64,000 nt of DNA from the NCBI RefSeq assembly GCF_009914755.1, contig NC_060930.1. The stretch is one strand, 5' to 3'. This DNA comes from the human T2T-CHM13v2.0 reference genome, Homo sapiens. The position numbers were made by a program, and so were the translations under genes. The notes beneath the pieces were generated by a model. That model saw nothing but the letters and a program-made list of their open reading frames with translations. It made no database searches and was not told the origin of the DNA. Position 1 is the first letter of the stretch. Each line of letters starts with the position of its first letter. This document shows, in pieces, positions 45,572 to 59,370 of this stretch.

Positions 45572-46042
45572 TCTCACATTCTTGAGTATCTTCAGAGTTA
45601 CACCTGAATGTCCTTTGTGTTCCATACTACCTTTCCAAGGATGTTTGTATAGGAAACAGCCTTGAAAGATAGAACTAATATCTCCCTCTAGAGCAAAAGA
45701 CAAGTTGGTTTACATTCTTAGAAGATAAAGTGTCTCCCTCTGCAGCAAAGTCCAGGCATACTTCCTGCTCATTTAAAAAAGATTCAGGTTCCCTAAGGTC
45801 AAAGTTTCTCTCCTATAATCCAACTCACTGTGTATGCAGGTGTCATCTGGGGCTCTCCACACCAGATATGAGAATTGGGGTTCAGATAATCAGTGCAAAA
45901 AATGCTAGTGCTATACTCTGGCTATTGCTATTGCTCTGAGTAATGAACTGTCTTTCATCTCTAACCCAGGAGACTCATATCTTCTACCACCACCACCAAA
46001 CTCTGGCAGGCTAACATAGTAGATTGAAAATTGGGTAAAACC

Positions 46043-46320
46043 AAGCTGGGTATGGTGGGTTACACCTATAAACTTTGGGAGGCTGAGTTGGGAAGACTGC
46101 TTGAGCCCAGGAGTTCAAGACCAGACTGGGCAATAAAGTGAAACCTCACCTCTGCAAAAAATTAAAAATTAGCTGAGTGTGGTGGTGCACATCTGTAGCC
46201 CCAGCTACTGCAGAGGCTAAGGTGGGAGGATGGCTTGAGCCTGGGACGCAGAGGCTGTAGTGAGGCAAGAGCATGCTACTGCACTGTAGCCTGGGTGGCA
46301 GAGCAGAACCCTATCAAAAG
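46043..46320 (+). mobile_element. AluJ SINE
   Basis: Diverged Alu; degenerate TSD aaaattgggtaaaacc / aaaatcaggtaaaacc (46027-46042 / 46895-46910). Confidence 0.88.
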
Positions 46321-46894
46321 AAAAAGAAAGAAGGGAAGGGAGGGAAAGGGGAGGGGAGGGGAGGGGAGGGGAGGGGAGAAAAAAGAAAGACGAAGGAAGG
46401 AAGGAAAAAGAAAGAAGGAAGAAAGAAAAGAAGGAAGGAAAAGAAAGAAAGAAAAGAGAGAAAGAAAAAAGAAAAGAAAAGGAAGGAACAAAGGAAGAAA
46501 GGAGGGAAGGAGAGGGAGAGAGAGAAAGAAAGAGAAAAAAGAAAGAATGAAAGAAAGAAAAAAGAAAAGGAAGGAAGGAGAGAGAAAGAAGAAGGAAGGA
46601 AAAGAAAGAAAAAAGAAAAGGAAGGAAGGAGAGAGAAAGAAGGAAGGAAAAGAAAGAAAAAAGAAAAGAAAAGGAAGAAACAGAAAGAAAAGAGGGAAGG
46701 AGAGAGAAAGAAAGAAGAAGGAAGGAAAAGAAAGAAAGAAAAAAGAAAAGGAAGAAACAGAAAGAAAGGAGGGAAGGAGAGGGACAGAGAGAGAAAGAAA
46801 GAAAAAAGAATGAATGAAAGAGAAAAGAAAAGGAAGGAAGGAGAAAGAAGAAAGAAAGAAAGAGAGAAAAGGAAGGAAGGAAGTAAGGAAGGAA
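46316..46894. repeat. ~580-bp GA-rich polypurine low-complexity tract
   Basis: Almost pure A/G (GAAA, GGAA, GGGGA units). Confidence 0.97.
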
Positions 46895-46933
46895 AAAATC
46901 AGGTAAAACCTTAGATTTGTCACAGTTCTTACC

Positions 46934-49900
46934 AATTTTTATGATAAGGATAGCATGCTGATAGAGCCATGATTTTGTGGAAGAGAGGGGAGGACCTTTT
47001 GGACCAACTGAAGGACTTTCATGATATGCTGACCAAATGTATTTGGTCAATAAGTGGTCCTCCACCTTAATGCCTGTTAATGAGGAAAAATTAAGGATAT
47101 GTTTGCAGAATGAGTACTGGGAAATTAATTCAGAGACAAGTGACTGCCCAAAAGGTGCAGAGGTTGTTCTACCAGTAGGTGAACTTTCTTACCAGTTGGG
47201 CTGTCAGCCTTAAGTCCTCTACATTGTGACAACTAGTCCTAAGATTCATCCTGATATGAAGGTTCTGTCCCTTTCAGATGACAGACATAAGCATCGACGT
47301 GGAGTGTGAAAGGAGGCAAATATGCAATCACTGTGGCAGAAAACCAGGCTGTTAGTGCTTCCGCTGGGTCACCGGGGAGTTGAGGGTGTCAGATGCATAA
47401 TGCTTGCTAAGGATGAATGACTAAAGGTGGAATATCTTTTATGTCTCAGCCCCCTCTGCAGGCCATCAAGTCAATCTTAGATCCATTCAAATGGCAGGAA
47501 AAAGACTGAGTTTTTTCAGTGGGTCTTGGCTGCTATGAGAGACCTTTGACCTTCTTGGGGAGATTTCCTTGAGAAAGACAAACTTCAAGAGAAAACCACG
47601 GATGAGTCATTGACTAGTATTCAGGCTCTTTCTGCCCTAAATTGGTTTTACAGTGCTGATGAATCAATGGAGAATGAGAAATTAACCCAAAGGACTCTAG
47701 ATATATTCTCATGATCAGCCTCATTCCTCTGGAAAACTCTGCCACTCCTTATGTTAAAACTGGACATATGTTTTATGTCTTTATGTTAAGAGATGTTATA
47801 AAAATAGGGCAGAAATTGACCCAGATTAAAGTGTACCTCTTTTTAAAAATTTGTTTGTGTGTGAGTTAAGCGCAAATCTACAAAGGGTGCAAATCTGACC
47901 GTCCCATTCAAAAAACAATGTGGCTGTAGTGTCAAGGGATCCCCAGAGCCAAAATAGTGTCACTAATAATGATCTTGCTACTCAACATGGGGCTTGGATT
48001 GGGATAAGGGCAAAAAAATTTGGAAGTTTTTCTGGTTGAGCTACTAGCAGCTGCTGTGCTGTTTGAAACCAAATGTAAATGTAAAACCTTGTTCAATGTC
48101 ATATTGCTGCTCTCTCCCACTATATTCTGTCATCCCCTCCCTCCCCCAGACCCCTATCTCAGCTGTTTTAAGGAGAAAAATGGTTAGGGACTAGGCCAAG
48201 TCTCCCTGTTGCAAAGGGCAAGCCAAAAGCCGTACAGACCAGTTTGAATATCCTGGGGAATTTCAGGGTGGGAGGGATTATAACTTGTATGATTATCTTG
48301 GCAATAGACAATCAAATCACTATCTTACTTGAAAGTGGGGAAGGAAAAGGCACTTAGATTCAGTTAATGGGGTTTGGGCTGGGTACACGGTGAGAAAGAA
48401 AATACTTCATGGCACCTTAAGGAACTTTGGGCCAATTGAATGTACTGTTACTATTGCTTCTACATCTGCATGTATAGTAAGAATTGAGGTGTTATATGCT
48501 TGTAATTTCCTATCCCATAAATACTAGAGGGAGTCTCCCAAGTGGGAAAAGCAACATGTAGAGAAGTGCTAAAGGGAACTGTGAAGTTCTCCTCAAATCA
48601 TCTCCCTGTCCCCTTCCAGGTCCAACAGAAATAGTATAGTATCCCAGGAGGCAAAAGGGAAATCACAGCTTTGAAGCCTTATTCTAAAGGCAGCAGGGGT
48701 AGTAAGAGGTGCAATAGCTCAAAATAATAACTCTGTATGGCCAGTGTAAAAGGCCAATGGAGGCTTGAGGCTTATTGAATTCAGCTGTTGTTCTCAAATC
48801 CCTGGCTGTATATAGACCTTATAACTGTAATGGCATTTACTGTACATCTACTGTACATGACACTTGATATAATGTCTTAGACATTGCCAGCACCTTGTTT
48901 TCTGGCCCACTGGCTTGCAATATTCCCCCTGGGGTACCTAAACTCCCCTACCATTTACCACCAGTGGGTGTGTCAGGATTAGTACAAATGCCTCTACCCT
49001 CTGATAGCCAAAGCTTTCGCTATATAGACCATATTATTTAGTTGACAAGTGAGAAGATCCAGTTTTAAACACTCTACCTGCAGTGTTATCATACTTGTGC
49101 TGGCAGAGGTGGCTGATGAACCTTAAAAAAATTCAGGGATCTGCTAGGTGAATAAGGCTTCTTGGGATTATGTAGGCAGAATCAGAATGTTCAATGCCTC
49201 TGACAGCCAAGGAAAAACTGCTGCCTCTGGCCTCCAACCACCAAAAAGGAGAACAACACCTTAATTCAATACTTTGGTATTGGAGACAGTATATGCTCAC
49301 TTGGGCATTCTACTTGGATGTTTATATCAGCGTCCTTGAGTCTGGGCCCACACCAATAGGTGGCATTGGAAGCGGTCTAGCAAGCTATGGCTGGCTCTCA
49401 ACCTTTGGGCCCTATACTCCTGATAACCCTTTTGAACTTCGTATCTCTGAGACTGATGATTTTTTTCAAGTGAAGCCTCTGGCAAAGAGAGACAGTCACC
49501 ACCCAAAGGTATCCCTCGTGACTTTAAACTTGTTTCCTCCTTGAAATGGCTACCAAGAACACCCCAGCTTGTTCCTGAGCCCTCGTTAAAACTGAATGCC
49601 TGGCCATGGAGACCTTGTGACTTTCTAGGGCCTCATATTTTCATTTTGAAGTGGATCAACTTATATTCAGCAAAAAGATGGGAGGGGCCTAACAAGCATT
49701 GATTGTCACATGGAAATGGTATATTGAAGACCATATCTGGCACAGTTTAAGTGACATCTCAACATTACATGAAAAAATGGCAGCTCTTTGCTTGGGAGAA
49801 ACTTTATTCTCCACTCTGTCACCTGAAGGAAACTGCAGGCTCAATGGGTCTCTCCATGCACTGAGGTTCACCAAAGTGCCTGGGCCTAGTTCGCTAATGG

Positions 49901-50160
49901 TTTGGCTGAGCTGAAACCTAACAGTGTCCACTGGAATCAACAGCTTTTCAACCCCCGCACCAGCTATGGAAAGCTAAAAATGGGCATGGTTATGCCACTC
50001 AGTAGGTAGAACCCAGGCCATTCTCATAGCTTGAACCAGTACCTCTTTTGATGAATTTTGTTATATTTTTGCTAATTCTTGGGTTGTTGGCAACAGCCTG
50101 GCTATTTGGTCTGCCATTTGAAAAAACTACAGACTGGCCAATTAAAGACAACTCTAAATT
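46934..50160 (+). mobile_element. Degenerate ERVL internal region (gag/pol remnants)
   Basis: Follows the LTR; RT-like remnants NNSVWPV*KANG (~48725-48760), YIDHI (~49020) and FLGI (~49160). Confidence 0.65.
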
Positions 50161-50479
50161 TTTTATTCCAGTTAGATTGGCAATTGTGATATTACCATTT
50201 ATTATTCATCATTTTCCCATTAAATTCATCCCTCACTCATAAAACATAAAATTCTCATATACTCTGAGATTTATTTTTGAGTTTCAAACTATTTGTCTCT
50301 CCCTATACCCATACTGATTATGTTGAATACCTGGTAAGGAAATTTCCCCTACACTCTTCATTCATTTCACACGTTTCCTGGCTATTTTGGGGCATTTTTC
50401 TTTTATGTATGCTAAGACTATTATATCCAATGCCCAAAATATCTTGTTACTACAATTTTATTAAAATTATGTATTAATT

Positions 50480-52680
50480 TTGGATGATAGAGATATTAAA
50501 TAATAATCTTTCAATTTGAGATTTTTTCTATTTGTTTAAATCTTCTTCGTATATTTTCTAAGACTATAGTTTTCATATCAATCCCATGCTTTTCTTATCA
50601 AAGTTTTGTCAATTTTAAAAATTATTTTATTTGTGTATATGTGTTTATGTTTCTGCATCTGACTGTAGTGAGCAAAATACTTTCCCCCCTTTCCATTTCT
50701 AGGTTTTGTATTGCAAGAGTAGAGGAAATCAATTTTGCTCACCTTTTGTCCAGCTACCTTACCAAATTTCTGTATTAACTTTAGTAGCATTTTCCTAGAT
50801 GTTCTTTGGTTTTCAAGAAATGCAATCTGAAATATGTTGATTTATCCCTGTTTTTCAACATTAACATTTCTTTCATTTTCTGCTTTTATTACAGTTTTGA
50901 GCGCTTCAAAAATGTTGAAAAGTAACAATGATATGAATCTCTGGTTAGGTGCAAAAACCATATAGCATAGTGGCTAAGAGTACAATTTGTGGAGCACAAC
51001 TGCATAGCTTTGAATCACAAATTTACCACTTGCTATTGGGCAAGTTATTCAACTTCGCTGTCCTTCAGTGTTCCAATCTGCAATGTGGGGATTATCGTAC
51101 TGTATGATATTATGTATTATTTTTGTGAAGATTTACATATGTAAAGTACCTAGAACCATGCTCACACATAGTAAACACTAAAAAAGTGCTAGTTATTTAT
51201 TTTTATTCTTGATTTCATTGGAAAGTTTTCATGATTTAGAATTAGTTTTCTGTTTAGAATGGTATTTACTATGGGTATACAGTAAAACATGTTAGGACAT
51301 TTAAGTAGGTTTTTTTCCAATTTTACTAACTTTTTATTAGGAAAAATTGCTTTATTTTATCAAATGCCTCTTCAGCACTGTTTATATCATGATCTTTTCC
51401 TCTTAAACTTGTTTATACTGATATTGAATTGCCTTTGAATTCCTGAGTTACTTTTGTGATAATATATTATTCTTTTGATATATTCTACTTGCCAATATTT
51501 TATTTATAATTTTGCCTATATTAATAAATGAGTTTCATTTTATTTGGTAACTATATTGGTACCTGATAAAGTTTTGTTATTTCGTGAGATTTATAAAATA
51601 AATGAGAATGATTTCTAGCTTCTTCTATGGCTTGACATAGTTTAAATAATCTGGAATAACTTTCCTTTAAAGGTTATATAAAACTTGGCTGAGAACTCAT
51701 CTGGCCCTGGTGTGTATTTGAATGGTACATCTTTATTCACCTTTTCAATCTTGTCTTCGGTAATTGTTCTATTCAAGGATCCTACATCTTCTTAGGTCAA
51801 ATTTGGTATTTTATCTTTTGCTAGAAAATCATCCATCTCCTCTAGGTCTCCAAGTTCATTGTCAAAATAGATGCAGTCTTGTATAATTCTTTTCAATCTC
51901 TTCTATATTCATACTTACATCTACTTTCTCATTCCTAATTTTATATATTTTTGTTTTCTCTCTTTTTAAAGTAATCCAGCTTATCTGTTTTATTGTTTTC
52001 AAAAAAATCTTTTAGATTTATTTTTTTCTTTTCCTATGAAGTGTTGTTTTTAAATTTTATTAAATCCAGTTTATATTTTAAAATTTCCTTTATTTTCTTT
52101 TCTTTTGTGTGTGTGAGAGGTTCGTGTTTCTTTTCAAATTTCTAATCCCTTTATTTTTCCTCATTAACATTGAGGAAATTTAATACTATTAGTTTTGTCT
52201 TGAGTCCCTTTTGCTGTGTATCACAGCTTCTGGGATGAAGTATTCTCATTTTCATTGTTTCCCAGATAGCATGTAATTTCGTTTTTCATTTTCTTATTGA
52301 CCCAACATAATATTTCTAGAAGTGTGTTTCCAAGAAATCAGAATTTTATATTTGCTTATTTACTATTTATTTCAAAGATTATAGGTGCATGACCAGAGAA
52401 TGTGACCCATGAAAAGCTGACAGTACCATTAAAAATTTTAACATTTTTTGTCATCATATTCACGATCGGTTCTTGTGAAACTTCCAGAGTGTATAACATT
52501 TATTCTTTTTGAGGAATAGAAGTGCCTATTTATGCCTATTACTTGAACGTATTAATTGTATGATTCAATTCCTGTTTATCTTTACTACTTAATCTTTGTC
52601 TACAGGAACTGTCAAATTCTGAGAAAGGTATACTGAAGTTGTATGCACTCATATTAATGAATGATAATCACTGTATTCAG
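50480..52680 (-). mobile_element. Old L1M ORF2 remnant (MIR nested at ~50960-51200)
   Basis: T-rich degenerate L1 antisense sequence. Confidence 0.6.
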
Positions 52681-52714
52681 GTACATACATGTGAATTAGT
52701 ACTATACACTCTTT

Positions 52715-53115
52715 TGATTAGGATTGCATTCAGTAATGAGTATGAGAAAGCTCAATCAATGGTAACTTAATAGAAACAGGTTTATTTCACTTAACGTAAC
52801 AAAAAGTTGTAGGTAGGTCTAGGGAGTGTGTAGGGGCTCAAGGATGCCATCGAGAAAGGAGGCTTCTTGCTCTTCTGCTCCATCATCCTTAGTAAGGGCT
52901 GCTTCAACCGTGGGATGGCTAATAACATTCTGGGCAGTGGAAAGGAAGAAAGAGAAGAGGCAGCCCTAACCGAAAGTACTGAAGTCTTTCAAAGCTGATG
53001 TCTCATTGGCCAGAACTGAAAAGATGAGCTTTTAGCTTTTAAGCTTCCAAAATGGAGGAAGGCAAGTAAAAAGAAGTTGGAATGGGTGTTGAGAGAGTCA
53101 ACATACAATATCTGC
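52715..53115 (-). mobile_element. Old MLT1-type LTR
   Basis: ggtaacttaatagaaacaggtttattt ... tctcattggccagaactg. Confidence 0.5.
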
Positions 53116-53139
53116 CTCAAGTAAGAACTCAATACATAC

Positions 53140-53228
53140 TCAGAATCCAGTTTTTCATATTTGCTGCCTCCTGCTTTCCTCAGCACTGCTCCAACATCGC
53201 TTGTCTCCCGTGGATACACCCTTCTTTT
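53140..53228 (-). pseudogene. Pseudo-exon (89 bp)
   Basis: Acceptor tgtttttataag, donor gtatgt; joins the previous exon as W-L-KEGCIHGRQAMLEQC*GKQEAANMKNWIL; another frame is also open. Confidence 0.55.
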
Positions 53229-53539
53229 CTTATAAAAACATTGCAAAGGTTAATGACATGAATACTTAATTTAGGATTTTCTTTCCTGGTAATCAGAAGG
53301 ATTGGAAATGAGAGAGCAATGGAAAAAAGGTGGGCATTATTTGTTACAAAGAAACAAAAACGTGAGAATTTTTTATTCAAGAGATTTCCTCTAGAGTCTG
53401 TGTCCAATAATAAATATGGGCTCAATACTTAAAAGTAAACCAGATATGAAGATGGTACTGCAAATTTGGGTGTGCAGAAACGAAATGTCACATGATTTTA
53501 CTTTATCTGAAACAAATTAACTCTACTAAAAAGTTGTTA

Positions 53540-55340
53540 TTTTTGCCTTTGCCATTTAAATTCCTAATTTGTGGAAGGTTGTTTTGTGTATGAGGTAAAG
53601 ATCAATTTTCATGCTTTTTCTATGTAGACAACCAACTTTTTCAGCTGTAACTATTGAATAATTACTCCTTTCCTAAGTGTTCTTTCATGCCACCCCATCA
53701 AAGTTATATATATGAGTCCTTTATTGAGTTCTGTATCCTATTTCATGCATGAATTTCTCTTTTCTGTGTGAATAACACATGCCAGTTAGTATAGCTCTAT
53801 ATGTCTTTGTATTTATAAGAGCAACTCCATCTACATGTTTTCATTTAATAAAGAAGTATTTTGGCTATTTTGGACCTTTTTTAGTTAAAGAATCCTTTTT
53901 GGATTTTGACTAGAGTTACATTAAATCTGTAGATCTGTATAAGAAAGATTAAGGTCTTAATGATATCTTCCTGTTGATCAAGGGATACATCTCCATTTAT
54001 TAGTATTTTAAAAATATTCTTCAGAAATGTTTTATAGTTTTCTACATCCAAGTTTATACATCTTTTATTAGCTTTATTCCTAAGTATTGTACTTTATACT
54101 TTTAGTTGTAAATTGTGTGTTCATAGTTATTATTCTGTTTGTTTCTGATTTATACAAGTGTAATCAACTTTTCTGTATTAATCTTATGTTCATCCACTTT
54201 GCTCAACTTCCTATTATATTTATTTGTTTGCTCAATTGGGGAGGATTTCAAGCAGACAATCATGTCGTCTGAAAATTACAGGTTTTTTTTCCTTTCCTAG
54301 CCTTATAACTTTTAATTCATTTCTTCATTTATGGAACTAGTTAGAAACTCCTACATGATGTGTAGAGATGGTGATGTGCTGTTGAATTTAAAAGTTTAAT
54401 ATTATAAGATAAAATATAGATGAATATCTTTCTGAATTTAAGGTGAAGAATAATTTCTTAAACTACCGCAAAAACACTTAATAGAAAAGATTAAAATTGT
54501 GATACTGTTTATACGTAAAGAAGTCCTACAAGCCAATAATAAATGAACACTGGGCAGAAGACCTGAATAGGCATTTCACAGAAGATAAAATATGTATTAA
54601 TAAAAAGCATATGAAGTGTTGCTCAATCTAACTCGTACTCAGGGAAATGTGAAACAAGAGTAGGAAATATTATTTTACATGCATTCAATAGGCAAGAACT
54701 GAAAAGCTGACAATACCAAGTATTCCAGAGACTGTAGATTGATGAACTCTCACACATTGTTGACAGGATGTAAATTAGAATAATCACTTGGGAAAACAAT
54801 TTGGTATTATCTTATACAGTTGAATATTTGCACACCCAGTGAGCCAGCAATTCCACTTCTAGGTATTTACCCAAGAGAAGTTTAGCAAATGTGTACCAGA
54901 AAGCAGCAGTGTGCATGATAGCACAAGTCTGGAAGCTGTCCAAATACCCATTAACAAGAGTTTCAATAAACTGTGGCATAATCACAGACACATTAAATAT
55001 CAATGGAAATTAATGAACCAAGCAACATGTAACACATGAATGAATCCTATTATGAAAATGAAGAGTGGAAGAGCAAATCCAAGAAGATCCATACATTTTG
55101 AACTAAGCAAAATATTTTTAGGACTACACACACATACACACAAACACAATAATGTTTCTTTAAGGCATAATAAGGATAAAAATAAAATTCAAATAATAGC
55201 TACTCCAAAGGCAGGTTTTTAAAAATGGAGTAGGGAGGAACATATATGTGTATATTTGTTATTAATAACTTTCTAGTTCTTGATTCAGGCAGTGAATTCA
55301 TATAACTTCATCATATTGTCAATGAATATATAAAATTAAA
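53540..55340. mobile_element. Old L1M/L1ME fragments (53540-54350 minus; 54400-55340 plus)
   Basis: Degenerate L1 ORF2 C-terminus and 3'UTR motifs (agcaattccacttctaggtatttaccc). Confidence 0.6.
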
Positions 55341-55628
55341 GAAATAAAATAAATGAAGGCCAGGAGTAAGCAATGATGGCAAGTATGTTATGAGCCAAAA
55401 ATTATGATTGGTCTTGTTTGGTGCCTAATGTCAAAAATAAATTATAATAATAATTATAACAACAATAATAATATAAATAAATTTAATTTCATTTACAAGT
55501 TCCATCCTACCAAGCCAGTAGGAAATTTAATCTTAGGTATTTGGAGGATTCCCCTCCCCACTATCCTTCAAAGGTCCTTGGGGATTTAACAAGAACAAAA
55601 GCACTGGAGGACACCCCTGCAGACTCAC

Positions 55629-55781
55629 AGCCATTATGTTATTACTGAGATTCCCATTTTCCAAGCTCCATGTGGTTCTTCTATCTCCATGTTAGCCTTT
55701 GTAGTCTATAAGCAATTTCTTCTTTTACTCTGTGACACAATCCTTCCCAGAGTCAAGTGAGTATGAAGGCTTTGCTATCTT
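55629..55781 (-). pseudogene. Pseudo-exon (153 bp), spectrin-repeat-junction-like
   Basis: Acceptor ttgttcaattcctag, donor gtgagt; EDSKAFILT*LWEGLCHRVKEEIAY/TTKANMEIEEPHGAWKMGISVIT*W(L). Confidence 0.72.
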
Positions 55782-55891
55782 CTAGGAATTGAACAATAGA
55801 AAAACAATAGAACAAATTAAAAATTAATATCTCAAAAAATTGCCCTAGACACCACTAAAAAGAAAATGCATTCTCTATTATATTTACTCAC

Positions 55892-56047
55892 CTGTGAGAC
55901 AGGTTTAGCAAGGCTACAACTTCTTCTCCCATTTCAGATTTTCCAGGCCAGGTTTATTTTATTCTTCTGAATAAATTAAGAAGATTCCCATTTGCTATAC
56001 CATGAAACATTTGCTTTGCCTCTAAGCCCAATTCTTTGGTGATTGAA
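55892..56047 (-). pseudogene. Pseudo-exon (156 bp)
   Basis: Acceptor tttttcttcaag, donor CAG|gtgagt; SITKELGLEAKQMFHGI/KWESS*FIQKNKNKPGLENLKWEKKL*PC*TCLT. Confidence 0.7.
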
Positions 56048-56377
56048 CTTGAAGAAAAATTTAATTACAATTTTGTATGTAACCTTGTTTACTTCCCAAA
56101 CCAGAAACTGTTGCAATAAATGAGAAAATGAGTAAAGGCTTAGAAAGCAAATTAAGAAAGCTGTCATAGCAAGTGGGAAATGGGCCCTTTGGCAAATTGT
56201 TTTTATTGCTTTTTTTCTATTTATCTGAACATGGGGTTTATTTGTATTATATCGCCAAATGAAGCAGCTGAGTCTAGTTCAAGTTTATTACTAATATTAT
56301 CATTCATTAATAATAAATGTATAAGTCAAATAAGTATTTCATAATATTTGCATGATCCAAACTGTGAACTACATTAC

Positions 56378-56524
56378 AGCTATTTGATGAAGGATGATCC
56401 TGGGTCAACTTGCTAAAAATCAACACTGTGGTTGCCCTTATAACATAACTTCTTTTTCTCTCTCTGACATATTTTCCTTACAACGATTAATGAGCTTTTC
56501 TATTTTTGTCTTTTCCATGTTTAA
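56378..56524 (-). pseudogene. Pseudo-exon, nesprin-like segment
   Basis: Acceptor tttttttctctttgcaag; LNMEKTKIEKLINRCKENMSEREKEVML*; donor gtaatg; boundaries uncertain. Confidence 0.65.
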
Positions 56525-57323
56525 CTTGCAAAGAGAAAAAAACATCTAAGTTGATACATCTGAGTGTCAGGTAGGGAGGATCTGCTGAGCAGAGAGAAAG
56601 GGGTTTTAAGTAGAGAAATAAATTTGCAGGGCAGCTGCTGAAAAAGAATCATCTAAACCATAAGACAGAAGAGCTCTCCCCAGAAGGGAACAAGCAGAAA
56701 AGGAGAAAATAGGGAGACAACCACTTTCCAAGATACAGTCATATAGGAAAACTTTCTTTCATTTACCCAAGTATTAATATAAGACATCAGTTTTCCAGCC
56801 TAGAACACAAGATTAATAATAAATACAGATTTTTTTCTGTCTTCATTATTACAGACATTTTTTTTCCTGTCTCAAGCTGATAAAGAAAAATCAAAGAGTA
56901 AATCCGGATAAGAAAGGTGTTTCTTGGATTAAAGCTAAACACTTGAAGAACATAGATTTAAACAGTTGAAGAAATAGATTTTAAACGTTTGAATAAACAT
57001 AAGCACAAAGGATATGTTTTTTAAAATCTTTGTGGGCAACTACAATTTTTTCATAAGTGTGAAAAATTATATTGCAAACAATAGGCTTGGCTTGTTTAAT
57101 GACATAATGTGCTCTAATGAGATATATATGCAAATAATAATAGTTATTAATAATCTCAAATATTATTATTATTAATATAGATAATAGTGTTTATTGTCAG
57201 TCTTTATTTTGGTAGGATTACTGCCCTGATCTTTTATACCATTTTTAAATGGTGTTTAATACTTGGATTAATTAAAAAGGAAGGCAAACACATCCTAACA
57301 GTTGACCAATAATGTGTCTCAAC

Positions 57324-57385
57324 TTGTTTCAAGTCCTCTTGCATGCCCAAGCCTCTCTTTTAGAAGTAACAAACCATTTTAAAAT
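57324..57385 (-). pseudogene. Candidate small pseudo-exon
   Basis: Acceptor tttgtatttatag, weak donor gttgag; fragments LLLLKERLG / MQEDLKQ. Confidence 0.35.
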
Positions 57386-57824
57386 CTATAAATACAAACT
57401 GATGATTCTCTTTATGTCCACTGACAAGTGTGTGAGGTCCATGAGATTTTGTTTCATTCATCATGCATTTTATGAATGTAAGAGAGGCCTACAGAGTTCT
57501 AAGTTCTCCTGGTGCAACTTTGCCTCTCCTGACTTCAATATCACCTCACTTACCACCACAAATGGCATAAGTGTCTTATGATTAGAACTGATCATACACT
57601 TTCCCAGAAGAAATCATTCGAAGGAAACTCATCATGCCTCACAACTTTATTTATCTCAGGCAGTGCTAGAAGTCCAAACTTCTCAGATCATCCTTCATTA
57701 TCCACACTTTGTCCCTTCATAGAGCTATGTCTATCCCTATTCCAAAATCTCTTTTGACCTCCCAAACTTTTGCACTGTATTCTTGGAAATGCACTCTTAT
57801 AATTCTTCTTTAGCTCTTCCCTAG

Positions 57825-58132
57825 ATTTTTTTTTTTTTTTTTTTTTTTTAGACAGGGTCTCACTTTGTCACCCAGGCTGGAGTGCAGTGATGCAATTACA
57901 GCTCGTTGCAGCCTTGAACTCCGAAGCTCAAGCGATCTTCCCATCTCAGCCTCCTGAATAGCTGGGACTACTGGCACGTTTCACCACACCCAGCTAATTT
58001 TTATATTTTTTTTGTAGAGATGGGGTTTTGCCATGTTGCCCAGGCTTATCTCAACTCCTGCACTCAAGTGATTCTCCCACCTCAGCGTCCCAAAGTGCTG
58101 GGATTACAGGTGTGAGCCACGACATTCAGCCC
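57825..58132 (-). mobile_element. AluJ SINE
   Basis: Poly(T) plus dimeric Alu. Confidence 0.9.
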
Positions 58133-58139
58133 CAAAACT

Positions 58140-59370
58140 CCTGACCTTTAAAGCACTTTCCATCATACTGTACCCCTGGGTACCATTCTTTATTATCATC
58201 ACCATCAACCTTTGGATGGCTCTTTCTCATTTATCATTCCCTCCACTATTATTTCTTTCATCATTCTTAGTGAGTTCCCTATTCATGTCAATATCCACTT
58301 AACACTCTTCTTGTTCCTTAACTCAATTTCAACAATTTATTTTCTCCTCCTCACTGTAGCAATCCAATCCCAAGGCTACGTCTTAGAAATTTCAGTATCA
58401 GTACTCATTGCTCCACTTCCAAAATCTTCAAACAGCCTATACTTTACCAATTCCTGTCTTTCCAGATCATCTATTTCAACATCCCAACTCCAAAGGTAGT
58501 TGGTTCTCCAGTCCATTGGCAAATTTTTAAAACTTTCTCATTCCCTTTATATTCTCACTGCTCCCAGCTTGGTTTCCATTAATCATCACTGTAATCATCC
58601 CATTGAATGTACTCTAAACTCTTCTCCTCATCTTCTTCTATGACATTCTTACTAGGAAAAGGAAACAAACTCAGTGCTAGTTAAACCCAACTCCACACCA
58701 AATCTCCATCTGCTCTCTAACAGACTAATTTTCCTGCCATACAATACACAATCATTACTAACTACTATTCAATTCATGATCCAGATCTCAAAGAACACTC
58801 CCAAGTGCCCAAGCAATACTGCCACACTTCTCTTGTATTACTGTTCTCTCATTTCACAAAAGAACATTTTGTATTTCTCCTCTCTCCAATATCTGTCCCA
58901 CTCATTATCAAATAATCATATCAATTCTTATTCCTTGAGAAAATAGAAGGAATCAGATGAGAATATCTTAAAATTACATTCTGAAACTACCGGCAATTCT
59001 TCTGGCTTTTGTCAAAATATACCAAGCTTATTTCTGCCCCTTATTTCTTCTGTCCAGAAAGTTATTCCCTCAGATATTTACTATGACTTGCTCCTTAACA
59101 TGATGTAAGCCTCTGTTCAATTGTCAATTTCTCAGAGAGATGCTCCCTGATGACCCCATCAAAAATGTACATATCCATGATTCTATTTCTTATGGAGCAT
59201 TATTTCCTTTATAGCCTTTATTACTATGTAAAGCTATGTTGCATATATGTTTATTGTTTGTTTTTGTCTTTCCTTCCAGAATGAAAACAGAAGACTTGCT
59301 GATCTTGTGTATAAAGCACCTGAAACAGTGTATGACACATAGGTGCTTCAATATCTACTTTTGAACAATT
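58140..59370 (+). mobile_element. L2 LINE fragments
   Basis: C/T-rich L2 body ending in ...aacagtgtatgacacataggtgcttcaata. Confidence 0.55.

Noticed and set aside
46217-47065. Four long overlapping ORFs (192-282 aa; K/E/R-rich or F/S/L-rich)
   Set aside because: Artefacts of the stop-free GA low-complexity tract plus Alu sequence.
49194-49940. 116-aa and neighbouring ORFs as novel genes
   Set aside because: They lie within the degenerate ERVL pol region.
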